DNA of 23,559 nucleotides from Macrostomum lignano (lineage: Eukaryota), in NCBI GenBank assembly GCA_002269645.1, contig NIVC01005178.1, positions 1 to 23,559 on the forward strand, read 5' to 3'. The notes under the pieces were generated by a model that was not told the DNA's origin, did not search any database, and worked only from the letters and a program-made list of their open reading frames with translations. Within the stretch, counting starts at the first letter, position 1. Every line of letters begins with the position of its first letter. The position numbers and the translations under genes were made by a program. This document shows, piece after piece, positions 1 to 10,404 of this stretch.

Positions 1-94
1 TTGTTGTTGATGTAGCTTAAACAAGCGTACAGGTAAATCAGTCAGACAAGCTGGTATTTTTTCGCTCTATTTAAACTAGAAAATTCTTGATAAT

Positions 95-1272
95 TCAGAC
101 CATTTCATAGTTCCGCGAATTTCGAGCTCGATTTTGATGCTGCTGTTCCTGATGCCCTCGCCTGTTCCTTTCTGAACGGCTCAGCCGGTGCCGACTGGCG
201 CCATTCTGAGTCGGCGGATTCCGTAGCAGCACCTGCCGAAACGTACTGTTCGTTTTCATGTAAATGAAGAAGTTGCAGTGGAGTCCAGGTTCAAGCACAG
301 GTTGGTCACCTCCATGGCGTAGGCCATAAAGATGTCCCAAAATTTGCTCTCGTCGGGCAGCCGGATGCCGACCATGACGGTGAGGAACATCGGCATCTCC
401 AGGCTAACGAAAGCAACCAGCAACAGTTGAACCATTCGAGTGGCTCTGCTCCTGCGCGCCTGACCGTTGCTGCAGTGACATCGATGCAGCTGGCTGCTCT
501 GAGTTCGCTGATCCACAGACTGGCTCGTCGACTCGTTGATTAACTGGTTACCCAACGTTGGTTTCACGTCGCAAAACAATTGTCATAGCAACGGAAACCA
601 GACCGACAATTATCACCGGCAGCACTGCTTGAAAGAACATCGAAGCGAGATAGAACCCAGCATAGTTGCTGAAGGGTTCCACCGGTTGCACGCCAACAAT
701 GCGTCCAGTAATCGAACAGAAGTCGTAGTTCTCTTGAAACGCCTTCGGCACTCCGAAAGCGCAGCTTAATAGTAGGACGCCAATGAAGCTGATCAGAACT
801 GTTCGTGGCTGAACACTCGTCGAACTCCGTGACGCGAGAACGGTCGCAGGACAACTTCGCACCGAGTGACGGCAATGAGAACGATGCACCAGTTTCGAGC
901 CATCAGGAAGGTGTTGGCTATAACCCAGGACACGCTCAGGTAGTCTATGGTTGCCTTAGCAACCGCGGCAGACGGATAGCTCACCCGGTCACGAAGAATA
1001 TCCGTGAGCAGACGGATCGTCTGGACGCTGGTCATGCCCAGACTGGCCAGGGACTCCGTGGCCGACAGGAACAGCAGCAGAATGCGGACTATGCTCTCCT
1101 TCTGACGATGCCAGAGAAACACCAGAAAGCTGATCGTGTTTAGGACCAGATTGATTGACCCCAGCGAGATGAAGATTACCTTGAAGATGCCTTTGTAGAC
1201 AGTTCGCGGATCGTTGATGGTGACATTCGCCAAGGAGCAGTTTTCATCGGTGAGAGGAACAAAGGAAAACAT
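95..1272 (-). pseudogene. Class A (rhodopsin-like) orphan GPCR, paralog of 7769-8956, broken by three 1-bp indels (pseudogene or assembly error)
   Basis: Four ORF pieces (793-1272, 548-889, 256-579, 95-340) align in order to the intact paralog: TM3 ARNWCIVLIAVTRCEVVLRPF, PKAFQE, FQAVLPV, ATRM..LEMPMF, LDST/CNFFIY. Frame changes occur at about 805, 552 and 278. Correcting them gives about 392 aa with no internal stop. Confidence 0.88.
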
Positions 1273-1908
1273 TTTACTAGCTGTAAGTAATTGCGTATTT
1301 TTTGTAAATTATTGCCAATAGATTACCATGCCAATGTCTAGCTTTTATGCTTGCTGGTACAGGCAAATCCGACTTGAAATGCAGAAGTCGGGCCTGCTGG
1401 TGCAGCCAATAGTAGGCAGAGTTACGAGCGTACCGTTCCCATCAAGCGCTGGGGACGGCTTGTGTCGCATGCAAAGTCAGATTACAGGTATGAACTCTCT
1501 AGCCGTTTGCTTGCGTCCTAGGATGAAATAATCGCATCTTGAGCCTAAATTATAGGAGAAAAATATGATTTATAGTTCTTATGCAAGGCTTAGAACAACC
1601 TTAGCTTAATAAATCTTGCGATATCGTCGAGATTCCAAGAGAAATTTCAGGTTATTTTTGAGCTGTTAGTGATGCCATAAAGTTTAATTTTCTATGGAGA
1701 CTTACGAGTACCACAAATTCGATAAAGCTACTGGGTTATCTTGCATCTGTTAATGCAGATCTTGACGCTAGAGGATGAGAAAAAAATTATCGGGAATTAC
1801 TCATTGTCCCATGCTGTACCTTCATTGCGTACCTTTCTGTACGCTCATCATTTAACGATTCGAAATCATTGCGTATGGCTACTAAAATGAGACATGTGAC
1901 AAGATGCC

Positions 1909-1944
1909 TGTGTGTATGGTTTTGGAGGCAGACATTGGTAGATT
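1909..1944 (-). repeat. Single inverted copy of the 35-bp tandem unit
   Basis: Reverse complement AATCTACCAATGTCTGCCTCCAAAACCATACACACA matches the array unit at 2001-2490. Confidence 0.85.
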
Positions 1945-2000
1945 TTTCACGAGTGGCGAAGCCAAAAGTGATTAAAAATTAATCAGTGTCTATGACTGTT

Positions 2001-2490
2001 GCCTGCCTCCAAAACCATAGACACAATCTATAATTGTCTGCATGCAAAACCATGGACACAATCTACCATTGTCTGCCTCCAAAGCCATAGACACAATCTA
2101 CCATTGTCTGCCTCCAAAGCCATAGACACAATCTACCATTGTCTGCCTCCAAAGCCATAGACACAATCTACCATTGTCTGCCTCCAAAGCCATAGACACA
2201 ATCTACCATTGTCTGCCTCCAAAGCCATAGACACAATCTACCATTGTCTGCCTCCAAAGCCATAGACACAATCTACCATTGTCTGCCTCCAAAGCCATAG
2301 ACACAATCTACCATTGTCTGCCTCCAAAGCCATAGACACAATCTACCATTGTCTGCCTCCTAAACCATAGACACAATCTACCATTGTTTGCCTCCAAAAC
2401 CATTGACACAATCTATAATTGTCTGCATGCAAAACCATGGACACAATCTACCATTGTCTGACTCCAAAGCCATAGACACAATCTACCATT
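2001..2490 (+). repeat. 35-bp tandem repeat, about 14 units
   Basis: Unit CCATAGACACAATCTACCATTGTCTGCCTCCAAAG; period 35 (e.g. 2085 to 2120); no spacers. Confidence 0.97.
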
Positions 2491-2511
2491 GCTTTGAGTT
2501 CTGATCTTCCG

Positions 2512-2895
2512 GCAGGTATTGATCCCTAATTAGAGATCCCATCATCCTGCAGGTATTGATCCCTAATTAGAGATCCCATCATCCTGCAGGTATTGATCCC
2601 TAATTAGAGATCCCATCATCCTGCAGGTATTGATCCCTAATTAGAGATCCCATCATCCTGCAGGTATTGATCCCTAATTAGAGATCCCATCATCCTGCAG
2701 GTATTGATCCCTAATTAGAGATCCTATCATCCTGCAGGTATTGATCCCTAATTAGAGATCCCATCATCCTGCAGGTATTGATCCCTAATTAGAGATCCCA
2801 TCATCCTGCAGGTATTGATCCCTAATTAGAGATCCCATCATCCTGCAGGTATTGATCCCTAATTAGAGATCCATCATCCTGATCCTTAATTAGAG
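2512..2895 (+). repeat. 37-bp tandem repeat, about 10 units
   Basis: Unit GCAGGTATTGATCCCTAATTAGAGATCCCATCATCCT; period 37 (2512, 2549, ...); near-identical units. Confidence 0.97.
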
Positions 2896-3077
2896 TTTTT
2901 ATCAGTTATCCATTGCCTAGGTATTTATTAACTAATCTGCGGTTCAGTTCTATAGCGAATTCTCTGCAGCGACTCCGTTTGTACTATTGATGCATATTGC
3001 ATCAGCCATTTAACATCCTTGTTTAGAGAATAGCATTTGAGGACCACAGTAATCTGGTCACAGATCACCACGTTGAT

Positions 3078-3080
3078 GAA

Positions 3081-3152
<72 letters not shown>

Positions 3153-3193
3153 GAGAAATAGAGAGAGAGAAAGAGAGAGAGAGAGGGAGAAAT

Positions 3194-3291
<98 letters not shown>

Positions 3292-3326
3292 ACAGAGACA
3301 GAGAGAGAGAGAAAGAGAAAGAGCCA

Positions 3327-3423
<97 letters not shown>

Positions 3424-3441
3424 GGAGAAATAGAGAGAGAA

Positions 3442-3472
<31 letters not shown>

Positions 3473-3504
3473 AAAGAGGGGGAGAGAGGGAGAGAGAGGG
3501 AGAG
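3078..3504. repeat. Interrupted (GA)n microsatellite
   Basis: About 430 bp of near-continuous GA dinucleotide with GAAA/GAGG interruptions. Confidence 0.98.
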
Positions 3505-3924
3505 CCTCCAATCCCGAGGGCGCTGACACAGCAAAGCAAAAAAAAACAAAAAAAGTTAAAAAGAGTGAGTTGCCGATATCTCGAAAACGAAATTCTTTTT
3601 CAGGGCAAAAATGAATATAATTATTGTGAGAAGGCCGACAAATAAATATAAGCAAAAGAGGTCTGTCGCATACTGTCGCGTTTGTCGATAAGCCTGCGGT
3701 CCAGCAGCGACTGGAAGACGGTGCGGATCCTCTGGGCCGGCGTTGAACTTGAACTTTTATGACGCAGATAATTGCAGTGCTGCTTTGCTCAACGATTGAC
3801 CTTCATTCGGACGTACCGATATGACTCTAGTATAATAAAAAGCCTTACATGTAGTTTTATCCCGTAAAGCTTAACTAATATTTACGTGACTTCTTTAAAA
3901 ATTCCATTTATTATCAAACTAGCA

Positions 3925-4521
3925 CAGAGATGTCACCACGGGGGGACAGGGGGACGTAAAAGCTATGGGGGGGGACATGCTCGTTCTTTGTCCACCCCCA
4001 CCCAACCTTGGGATTCGTTATAGAAAACAATAATTTTGCTTTAGGACGACAAAACATAGTGCCTCCGACGCTAAAATGAGTGCCTGCGGCGCTAAAATGA
4101 GTGCCTGCGGCGCTAAAATAAGTGCCTCCGACGCTAAAATGAGTGCCTGCGGCGCTAAAATGAGTGCCTGTGGCGCTAAAATGAGTGCCTGTGGCGCTAA
4201 AATGAGTGCCTGTGGCGCTAAAATGAGTGCCTGTGGCGCTAAAATGAGTGCCTGTGGCGCTAAAATGAGTGCCTGTGGTGCTAAAATGAGTGCCTGTGGT
4301 GCTAAAATGAGTGCCTGTGGTGCTAAAATGAGTGCCTGCAGCGCTAAAATGCGTGCCTGCGGCGCTAAAATAAGTGCCTCCGACGCTAAAATGAGTGCCT
4401 GCGGCGCTAAAATGAGTGCCTGTGGCGCTAAAATAAGTGCCTGCGGCGCTAAAATATGTGCCTGCGGTGTTAAAATGAGTGCCTACGTCCAGCCACCATA
4501 AAATCCATGGCGACGCCCCTA
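3925..4521 (+). mobile_element. Non-autonomous hAT-like DNA transposon (MITE-like), copy 1, with internal 21-bp minisatellite
   Basis: Left end CAGAGATGTCACCACGG and right end CCATGGCGACGCCCCT(A) form imperfect TIRs. Exact 8-bp direct repeat AACTAGCA at 3917-3924 and 4522-4529. The left arm is homologous to 21610-21733 (reverse complement). No transposase ORF. Confidence 0.85.
4061..4487 (+). repeat. 21-bp minisatellite (GCTAAAATGAGTGCCTGCGGC)n, about 20 units
   Basis: Direct reading of the tandem unit; it produces the (MSACGAK)n ORF. Confidence 0.97.
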
Positions 4522-6124
4522 AACTAGCACGATGCTTTTGACATGCAAATCAGTTATCAAAATAAGGCGTATATTTTTACTTTCTACTTAAAGTAGGAAA
4601 GATGTGTTTTCTGTTAAAAATAATAGTTGACCATCAATATTTAAGGTTAAGAAAAGTTTTGATTTAAAAAAATAATTTGCATATTGAAACGCACATCGAC
4701 CCAGACAGCATGCTTGTCCCATGTTTGCCCAAGTAAATTTATCCCCACAACACTTACTCGGTCTCCTAGTCAACCTGAATGTTCAAGTTAGTAAACTTTA
4801 ACCAGTGGTATTGAACCAGTAACTTGAGCAGCTTGTCCGTCTGATATTAAGTTTGCGGTGTTATGCGTGGAGAACTCCTTGAGAAGTTTTCATAATTTTT
4901 TTCTGCAAACAGAAGCTACCTCAAATACCGTTTTGAAATATAAGAGCCTGCAGACAGACTAAATTAAATATACAAAAGACAAATCACTGTGATGGCAGCT
5001 GATAACTTCACGAGAAAAAAACAGCTTCTTCATTGATGCACTTTCGTAAATGCACTGCGAGTAGTGCTCATGGGATGTCAGACGTGCTTACAAATATTGA
5101 TCACAGATCACCTATCCATGACTCAAAAAAGAAACTGACTGCACAAAAAACTAGCTATGACGGAAACACGAGCAGGTAGCTAATTAACTAATTAGAATAG
5201 CGTGAAAGTGCATGGCTTGCCTTTGAAACCGAGAACTGTGATGTTAAGTCTCTCCTTACCGCCTACCATGTGTGTTCAAGATTGCAGGTAATTGCAAACT
5301 ACAAAATTCGACAGACAGAAATGGAAATTGATGAGAACGCGTCGAATCAATGGGACTCGGAAATCTTAAAATCTATAGATTTATTATCCTCGTAACGAGC
5401 ACAAACTGGAACTTCACTGTATATACTGTGGTTTGAAGTTGAAAAAATCAATCAAAGCTACAGATAAAGATATCAGAGAAGTATTCTAGCAATACAAAAG
5501 AAAATATCAAAAGGGACTCATAATGATTTTGAGAAAGAGGATAGACATGCTCGTTAAAAGATAATGATAATTAGAAGACCGGACCGCATGTAGGTTTTGA
5601 CCTTGTACAGTCGTTATTATTGCTTTCTTAAAGCTTTTTAATGCCACAGCACCTCGGAAATTCCCTCCTTTCCATTAACCTTAACGCTTAACAATTCTCC
5701 CCAATGAACCGTAGCATTTCGGCAACCCCCATGAGTCCTTTCATCTCAGTAACTCCCACAATGTGCCATCGCATTTTTGCGTTTCCCTCCATATTAAGCC
5801 TTGACATCTTAGCAATTCCGTCCGTGAAACTTGACAGGAACCACATGAGCCGTTTATGGTTGACAGTGCGTTACTTTTATGGTTAAACCCCTAACCCCAT
5901 CCGTGTTAAGAGTCACAGCAAAAATCAATTTCAGACATTAACGTTTAAAAGTTAAAGTTTCAAAATTATGACGTCAAGACTAGACTAGAAAATGCTTTTT
6001 AAGTGGGACTCTGAAACAACCGCTAACTACATGTATGTCCGCTAACCATCATATTTATGGCTCGTTTGTGTGTTGTCACAGACAAAAATAGCAGTTTTTA
6101 ATCTCAAAGTCTGGACTATCATGT

Positions 6125-6693
6125 CAGATACCGCTTATGCATACAACAAAAATAACAGAATACGCAGTCAGCGTCACAGGGTGCGCCTCAAGGCCAGGTC
6201 GCGAATGAACGCCACGCCGTCAGTCAAATCCGGGGCGCCGGCGTCAGCCAGCAGGCAGTCGACGAAACGCCGAGTGCGCGCCTGCCCCGCCGATAGAGTG
6301 CCTGGAGCACCTCCTGCACCGGCTCTGGGCAGTACGACTCGGTGCGGATGATGTGGCCTGCCAGCTGGAGTCGCTTGGACGGACCAGGCCGGCGCGGCGA
6401 TTCAAAGCCGCGTTGGTCACTCGCTCGTAGCCGATCTTGAAGGCGGCGCGCAGCAGGCCAGCGTGCGCCGCGTCAACTTGTTGCTAGAGCGACTCCGTCA
6501 GCATCCAGGTCTCGGCGTTGTACAGCAGGACAGTCTCGATCACCGCCTGGAACAACGCCGCCCTCTGGCGGTCAGTTAAGGCCTCAGACTACAGGACTAC
6601 CCTGACAGAACGAAAGGCAGCCCAGGCAAGCCCGCGGCGACGCCGCAAATCCTTGCGGACGCCGGGAACCAGACCGCCAAGGTAGACGAATTG
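6125..6693 (-). mobile_element. 5'-truncated, decayed non-LTR retrotransposon (RTE-like LINE), C-terminal RT region and 3' UTR
   Basis: Manual minus-strand translation: QFVYLGG..RRRRGLAWAAFRSV..LFQAVIETVLLYNAETWMLT..HAGLLRAAF..VTNAAL..(frameshift)LQLAGHIIR, with two premature TAGs and a stop at 6174-6176. F.YLG, VLLY..ETW.LT and GHI.R are typical of RTE-clade ORF C-termini. Confidence 0.85.
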
Positions 6694-7768
6694 CTACAGA
6701 AATCCCATTACTTTTGAACCACTTCTCGTGCAAGAACTTTTTTCTCTTTCCAATTTCGCTAATTTGAGGTTTTGCTTAAGTATTCCACTCAACTTCTGGG
6801 AAGATGATTTACACTGTAGTTCTGGCTGGATTGAGATGGGTGCAGCCTGGTGGCCACGGCCCCTGGAGACAATTTCCGCGTGTTGAACCTCGCGGACTAA
6901 TTCCATGCTTTGATCGTGGGGGGCGGGGACTACGGAAAAATGTGATGAGGTCAGGCCTTCCAAAGCGTTTCTTTGATCTAGGAGCAGCAAATTTTCGTTG
7001 GCCTAAAGTGCATAAATGCGGCAACTGACTCAAAATTAGCAGTCACTTCGATTAGCTAGTTCTCAAATTCGCTAGCATGCAGCGTCTTGACTTTGATGTC
7101 CACAAGAAGTCCACAAAATAGTCTTGACTCTGAATTCAGAATCGACAATATGCAAAACCTCTCAGTGATATTCCAATCATTATACAATCCAGTCTGTCGT
7201 AACTAACGCAAATAAAAATCGCAATAGTTAGTTAAGATGTTGAATTCCTCACCAATAAAAATATATAGAAATATCAATTAAATGTGTTCTATTTTTATTT
7301 AAATAGAGACCACTCACAGCAACTAGACTTAAAAGCAACTGATTATTGCAGACAAAGAAGGACGGACACATTATCAACGCAAACAGACAATATACACAAC
7401 ACTATTAAATAATCGAGAGTAGCAAATTAGGTTTATCTTTTGATGTAACCAATCGACGCTGAAAATATTGTACATGAGTATGTTTTGTTCCATTCTGATA
7501 GGTGACAAAGTATATAAGAGGACAACTCTGACAAAGACACAGCAGATTACAGAATTATACACTGATAGACATTCGCAATATAATAATTGACAATCAACAA
7601 ATTTTCTCGATTTCTAGATAATTGAAGTGTCACATGCAAGTCATTGCATACATCCCAATTAATCAGAATTTCTTCGGATGTCGTAGCTTGTGGACACAGC
7701 GAATTTCTGCAGAAAAAGCTCCGTACATGTAGTCTCTCGATCTCGATTTCTCGGTAATTTCACCGTCA

Positions 7769-8956
7769 TCAAATGGTAGTTGTTCGATAAATTTTCTCCC
7801 TAATTGGCTGCAATGTCGTTGGCAGTGGGGGCTTGGCTCCGCCGCTTTTGGACTTGCCGCTGCAGGCCTCCGAAGCTGACGCAGCGGCCCTGGAGACGCA
7901 CCGAGCATCGCGCCCGCTGCAGACAGCCGCGCTGCTGCCGCCGCCGTTGCGACTCCGACGCAATATAGCTGATCGAAACATAGCGTTAGTTGTCATGTAG
8001 ATAATAAAGTTGCAGGTAGAATCCAGGTTGACGCACAGATTTGAGAAGCCAATAGCATAGGTGACAACCGCGTCCCAGAACTGGTTGCCCTCGGGAGCTC
8101 GGGTGCCAATCAGTATCGTGAGAAACATTGGCATCTCCATGCAGACAAAGACGGCTAATAAAATCTGGATCATCCTGGTAGCTTTGCTGTTCTGGGTCGC
8201 ACCGCCGCTGCCGCGACCGCCTTCTCGGCGTAGACGGACACTTCGTCGAAGTCCCAGAGTCATAGCAATGGAAGCCGTGCTGACTATGACGACAGGTAAT
8301 ACGGCTTGGCAGAAAGTTGAAGCCACGTAAAACTCGGAGTAGAATCGGAACGGGCTGACGGACTGCTTGTAGTAGACAATGCCGGTGTCGCTGCAGTAGT
8401 GGAACCGTTCCTGGAACGCCTTCGGCACAGCCGACACCAGTCCAAGTAAAATAATAAGGGCCGACATGACGATAAGAGTTCGGTGACTGCAACAGCGGCC
8501 GGTGTTGCGCGAGAACGGTCTTAACACAGCCTCGCATCGACTGACAGCAATCAGAACAATGGACCAGTTGCGAGCCATCAGGAATGCGTTGGCGGTCACC
8601 CAGGTGATGGTCAGGTACTGGACTAAGCCGAGCGGCACAGCTGGCGACGAATAAGGAATTCGATGATGAGCCACTTCCAGCATGATGCGGATTGTCTCTA
8701 CGCTTGTCATGCCGAAACTCGTCAGCATCTCGTTGAACGACAGGATTAGCAGCAGCAACCGAACGGTTGTCTCCTTCTGCTTCTGGCCAAGAAACACGAA
8801 GAAGCACAGACTATTAAGGACCAGATTTACAGAGCCTAGCAGTACAAAAGTGGACTTGACCAAGCCGATAGTGACAATCGAATGCTGTGGATGTGAGGTG
8901 GTGTTGTCTCCGGGAAACGTGCAGTTGTCTCCGTGCTGGACCACCAGCTGAAACAT
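7769..8956 (-). CDS. Class A orphan GPCR (FMRFamide-receptor/Srw-like type), 395 aa, single coding exon
   Basis: Seven hydrophobic segments; N-glycosylation sequons NCT and NTT; TM3 ARNWSIVLIAVSRCEAVLRPF; TM6 CMEMP; TM7 DSTCNFIIY. Start placed at 8956, not 9019, because MFQLVVQHGDNCT aligns exactly with paralog MFSFVPLTDENCS and follows TTGCAG|CC. Confidence 0.93.
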   Translation of the reverse strand: MFQLVVQHGDNCTFPGDNTTSHPQHSIVTIGLVKSTFVLLGSVNLVLNSLCFFVFLGQKQKETTVRLLLLILSFNEMLTSFGMTSVETIRIMLEVAHHRIPYSSPAVPLGLVQYLTITWVTANAFLMARNWSIVLIAVSRCEAVLRPFSRNTGRCCSHRTLIVMSALIILLGLVSAVPKAFQERFHYCSDTGIVYYKQSVSPFRFYSEFYVASTFCQAVLPVVIVSTASIAMTLGLRRSVRLRREGGRGSGGATQNSKATRMIQILLAVFVCMEMPMFLTILIGTRAPEGNQFWDAVVTYAIGFSNLCVNLDSTCNFIIYMTTNAMFRSAILRRSRNGGGSSAAVCSGRDARCVSRAAASASEACSGKSKSGGAKPPLPTTLQPIREKIYRTTTI

Positions 8957-9780
8957 GGCTGCAACGTTAAGGCTCTTCACTAGTGGGATCAAAGAAACGA
9001 TTGAATATTGTGAGAGCATGTCTTGCAGGCATGATTCCGTAAATTTATCCCAGTTCTTCCCCCATAGCTTCCCCCAGCTATTTCTAGCTGAGAGCTGATT
9101 GGTCGAGCCAACTGTGATTCCTCAAACTTATGAATTAGGAATGAAATCCAGCAATTTTCCTATCTGTTTGATAAATTTATTTTCCGCTTTAAATCCGGCT
9201 CAAAGTTACTCACAAAAATTAAACTGCAAAATAATTGAGACCCATGCAGCAATCAGGGAGGTGTTCCGTTCCAGTTTTCATTAGGAAAGGGGTAAGCATG
9301 AGATTATTAAAACAAAAACCGGAAGCGTCATCAGCTTCTTCGTGACGCATTTGGTTCAGAAATTTTTTGCTCGGGAAAGAGATGTTCCCGAAGGTAATTA
9401 ATTTTCACCTCACAGTAGTACCTCTCGCACTGAGACTGTGTCCGGACCAACCAGTAGTCACTGTCGAGCTGTCCAGTTTTTACTGCCAGTGATCTTTTTA
9501 ATTAGCTTTCTGTAGCCTGACAACCCGGGACCGGTTTTTAATCCGGGGCTCTAATCTCTGGCCTGCACACAGTGATAACAGGCTCGCTGGCTGTCGTGGG
9601 ACGGTTCATAAGCTCTAGGTATTGAAAAGGCTGTGTTTTATGATGATTAATTAACAGAGAGACAAAGAGCAGGTGTGATATGTGATGAATATGTCACAGA
9701 AACCTACAAGATCCTAGTATCCTAGTACACGAATACAGATTATCACTTAAGTATTGCATGAACAGTATAATACTGATAAA

Positions 9781-10073
9781 GGGGTTGTAGCCCAGTGGTC
9801 AGAGCGTCGGACTCACGACTGAAAAATCGGGGTTCGATTTTCGACCTACTCGGAACAATTCGTGCCCTTGAGCAAGACACTTAACTCTGCATTGCTTCAG
9901 TTCACCCAGCTGTAAAATGGATACCAGCATTAGCTGGGGTAATTGGGGGTGTGTGGCGCCCCCCCAGTCCTTGGACTGAACAGCCGTACGCAGCCTTCAG
10001 ATGCGCCGCGCAATAGCTGCGGCTGAGCTGTCGGTTGCACATCTGCCTATTGGGGTAGGTGTAATTAAAAAAA
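9781..10073 (+). mobile_element. tRNA-derived SINE with CORE-like central domain, copy 1 (near full length)
   Basis: A box TAGCCCAGTGG (9788-9798) and B box GGTTCGATT (from 9831). Segment 9862-9920 GTGCCCTTGAGCAAGACACTTAACTC..TCAGTT..CAGCTGTAAAATGG resembles the MIR/CORE-SINE core. A-rich end; second copy at 17572. Confidence 0.85.
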
Positions 10074-10404
10074 TGATCAGTGCAAATTTTGACCTCATAG
10101 TGTATTGGAATGTTTCCCCTAGTGTATTATTTTTACCAAAAAACTCGATGAAAATGAAAGTTACAATAAATTTCAGTACGGTATGTGGAGAATTAAAATT
10201 AATTATATACAAAATAATGCACGAAGCATAAAATTGTTGTATCTGAATATAAACATGCGAAATGAGTGTTTGAAAAAGATTTCAAGTAAAAAAGGAAGGT
10301 ACGCTTTCATGAATCGATCATTTTTTGTGTAATTATGGACTGTTACTGGTCTCATTATCCAGTTTAGTAGCGTAAATCCCTGTTTGCCAATGTTGAGATC
10401 CGAA

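Noticed and set aside
950-963. RFX X-box-like GTTGCCTTAGCAAC
   Set aside because: It lies inside GPCR1 coding sequence (codons for VAKAT), is absent from the paralog, and is probably coincidental.
2001-2895. CRISPR-like repeat lengths (35 and 37 bp, partly palindromic)
   Set aside because: Units are head-to-tail with no unique spacers, no cas genes are present, and the context is intron-containing eukaryotic DNA.
2928-3655. Three Ser/Leu-rich ORFs of about 160-200 aa
   Set aside because: Translations of the (GA)n microsatellite.
3668-3761. Possible non-coding first exon of GPCR1 (CATAAAAG and GTATGC donor on the minus strand)
   Set aside because: Only two short degenerate motifs; unsupported without transcript data.
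6070-6351. 93-aa plus-strand ORF
   Set aside because: Antisense to the decayed LINE coding region.
8957-9019. Upstream ATG giving a 416-aa GPCR
   Set aside because: The paralog N-terminus aligns from the Met at 8956, which has a better context and follows an acceptor-like AG. It cannot be fully excluded without 5' end data.
9781-9855. Functional tRNA gene (also at 17572)
   Set aside because: A and B boxes are present, but the acceptor and anticodon stems do not pair properly and the sequence continues into a shared SINE body.
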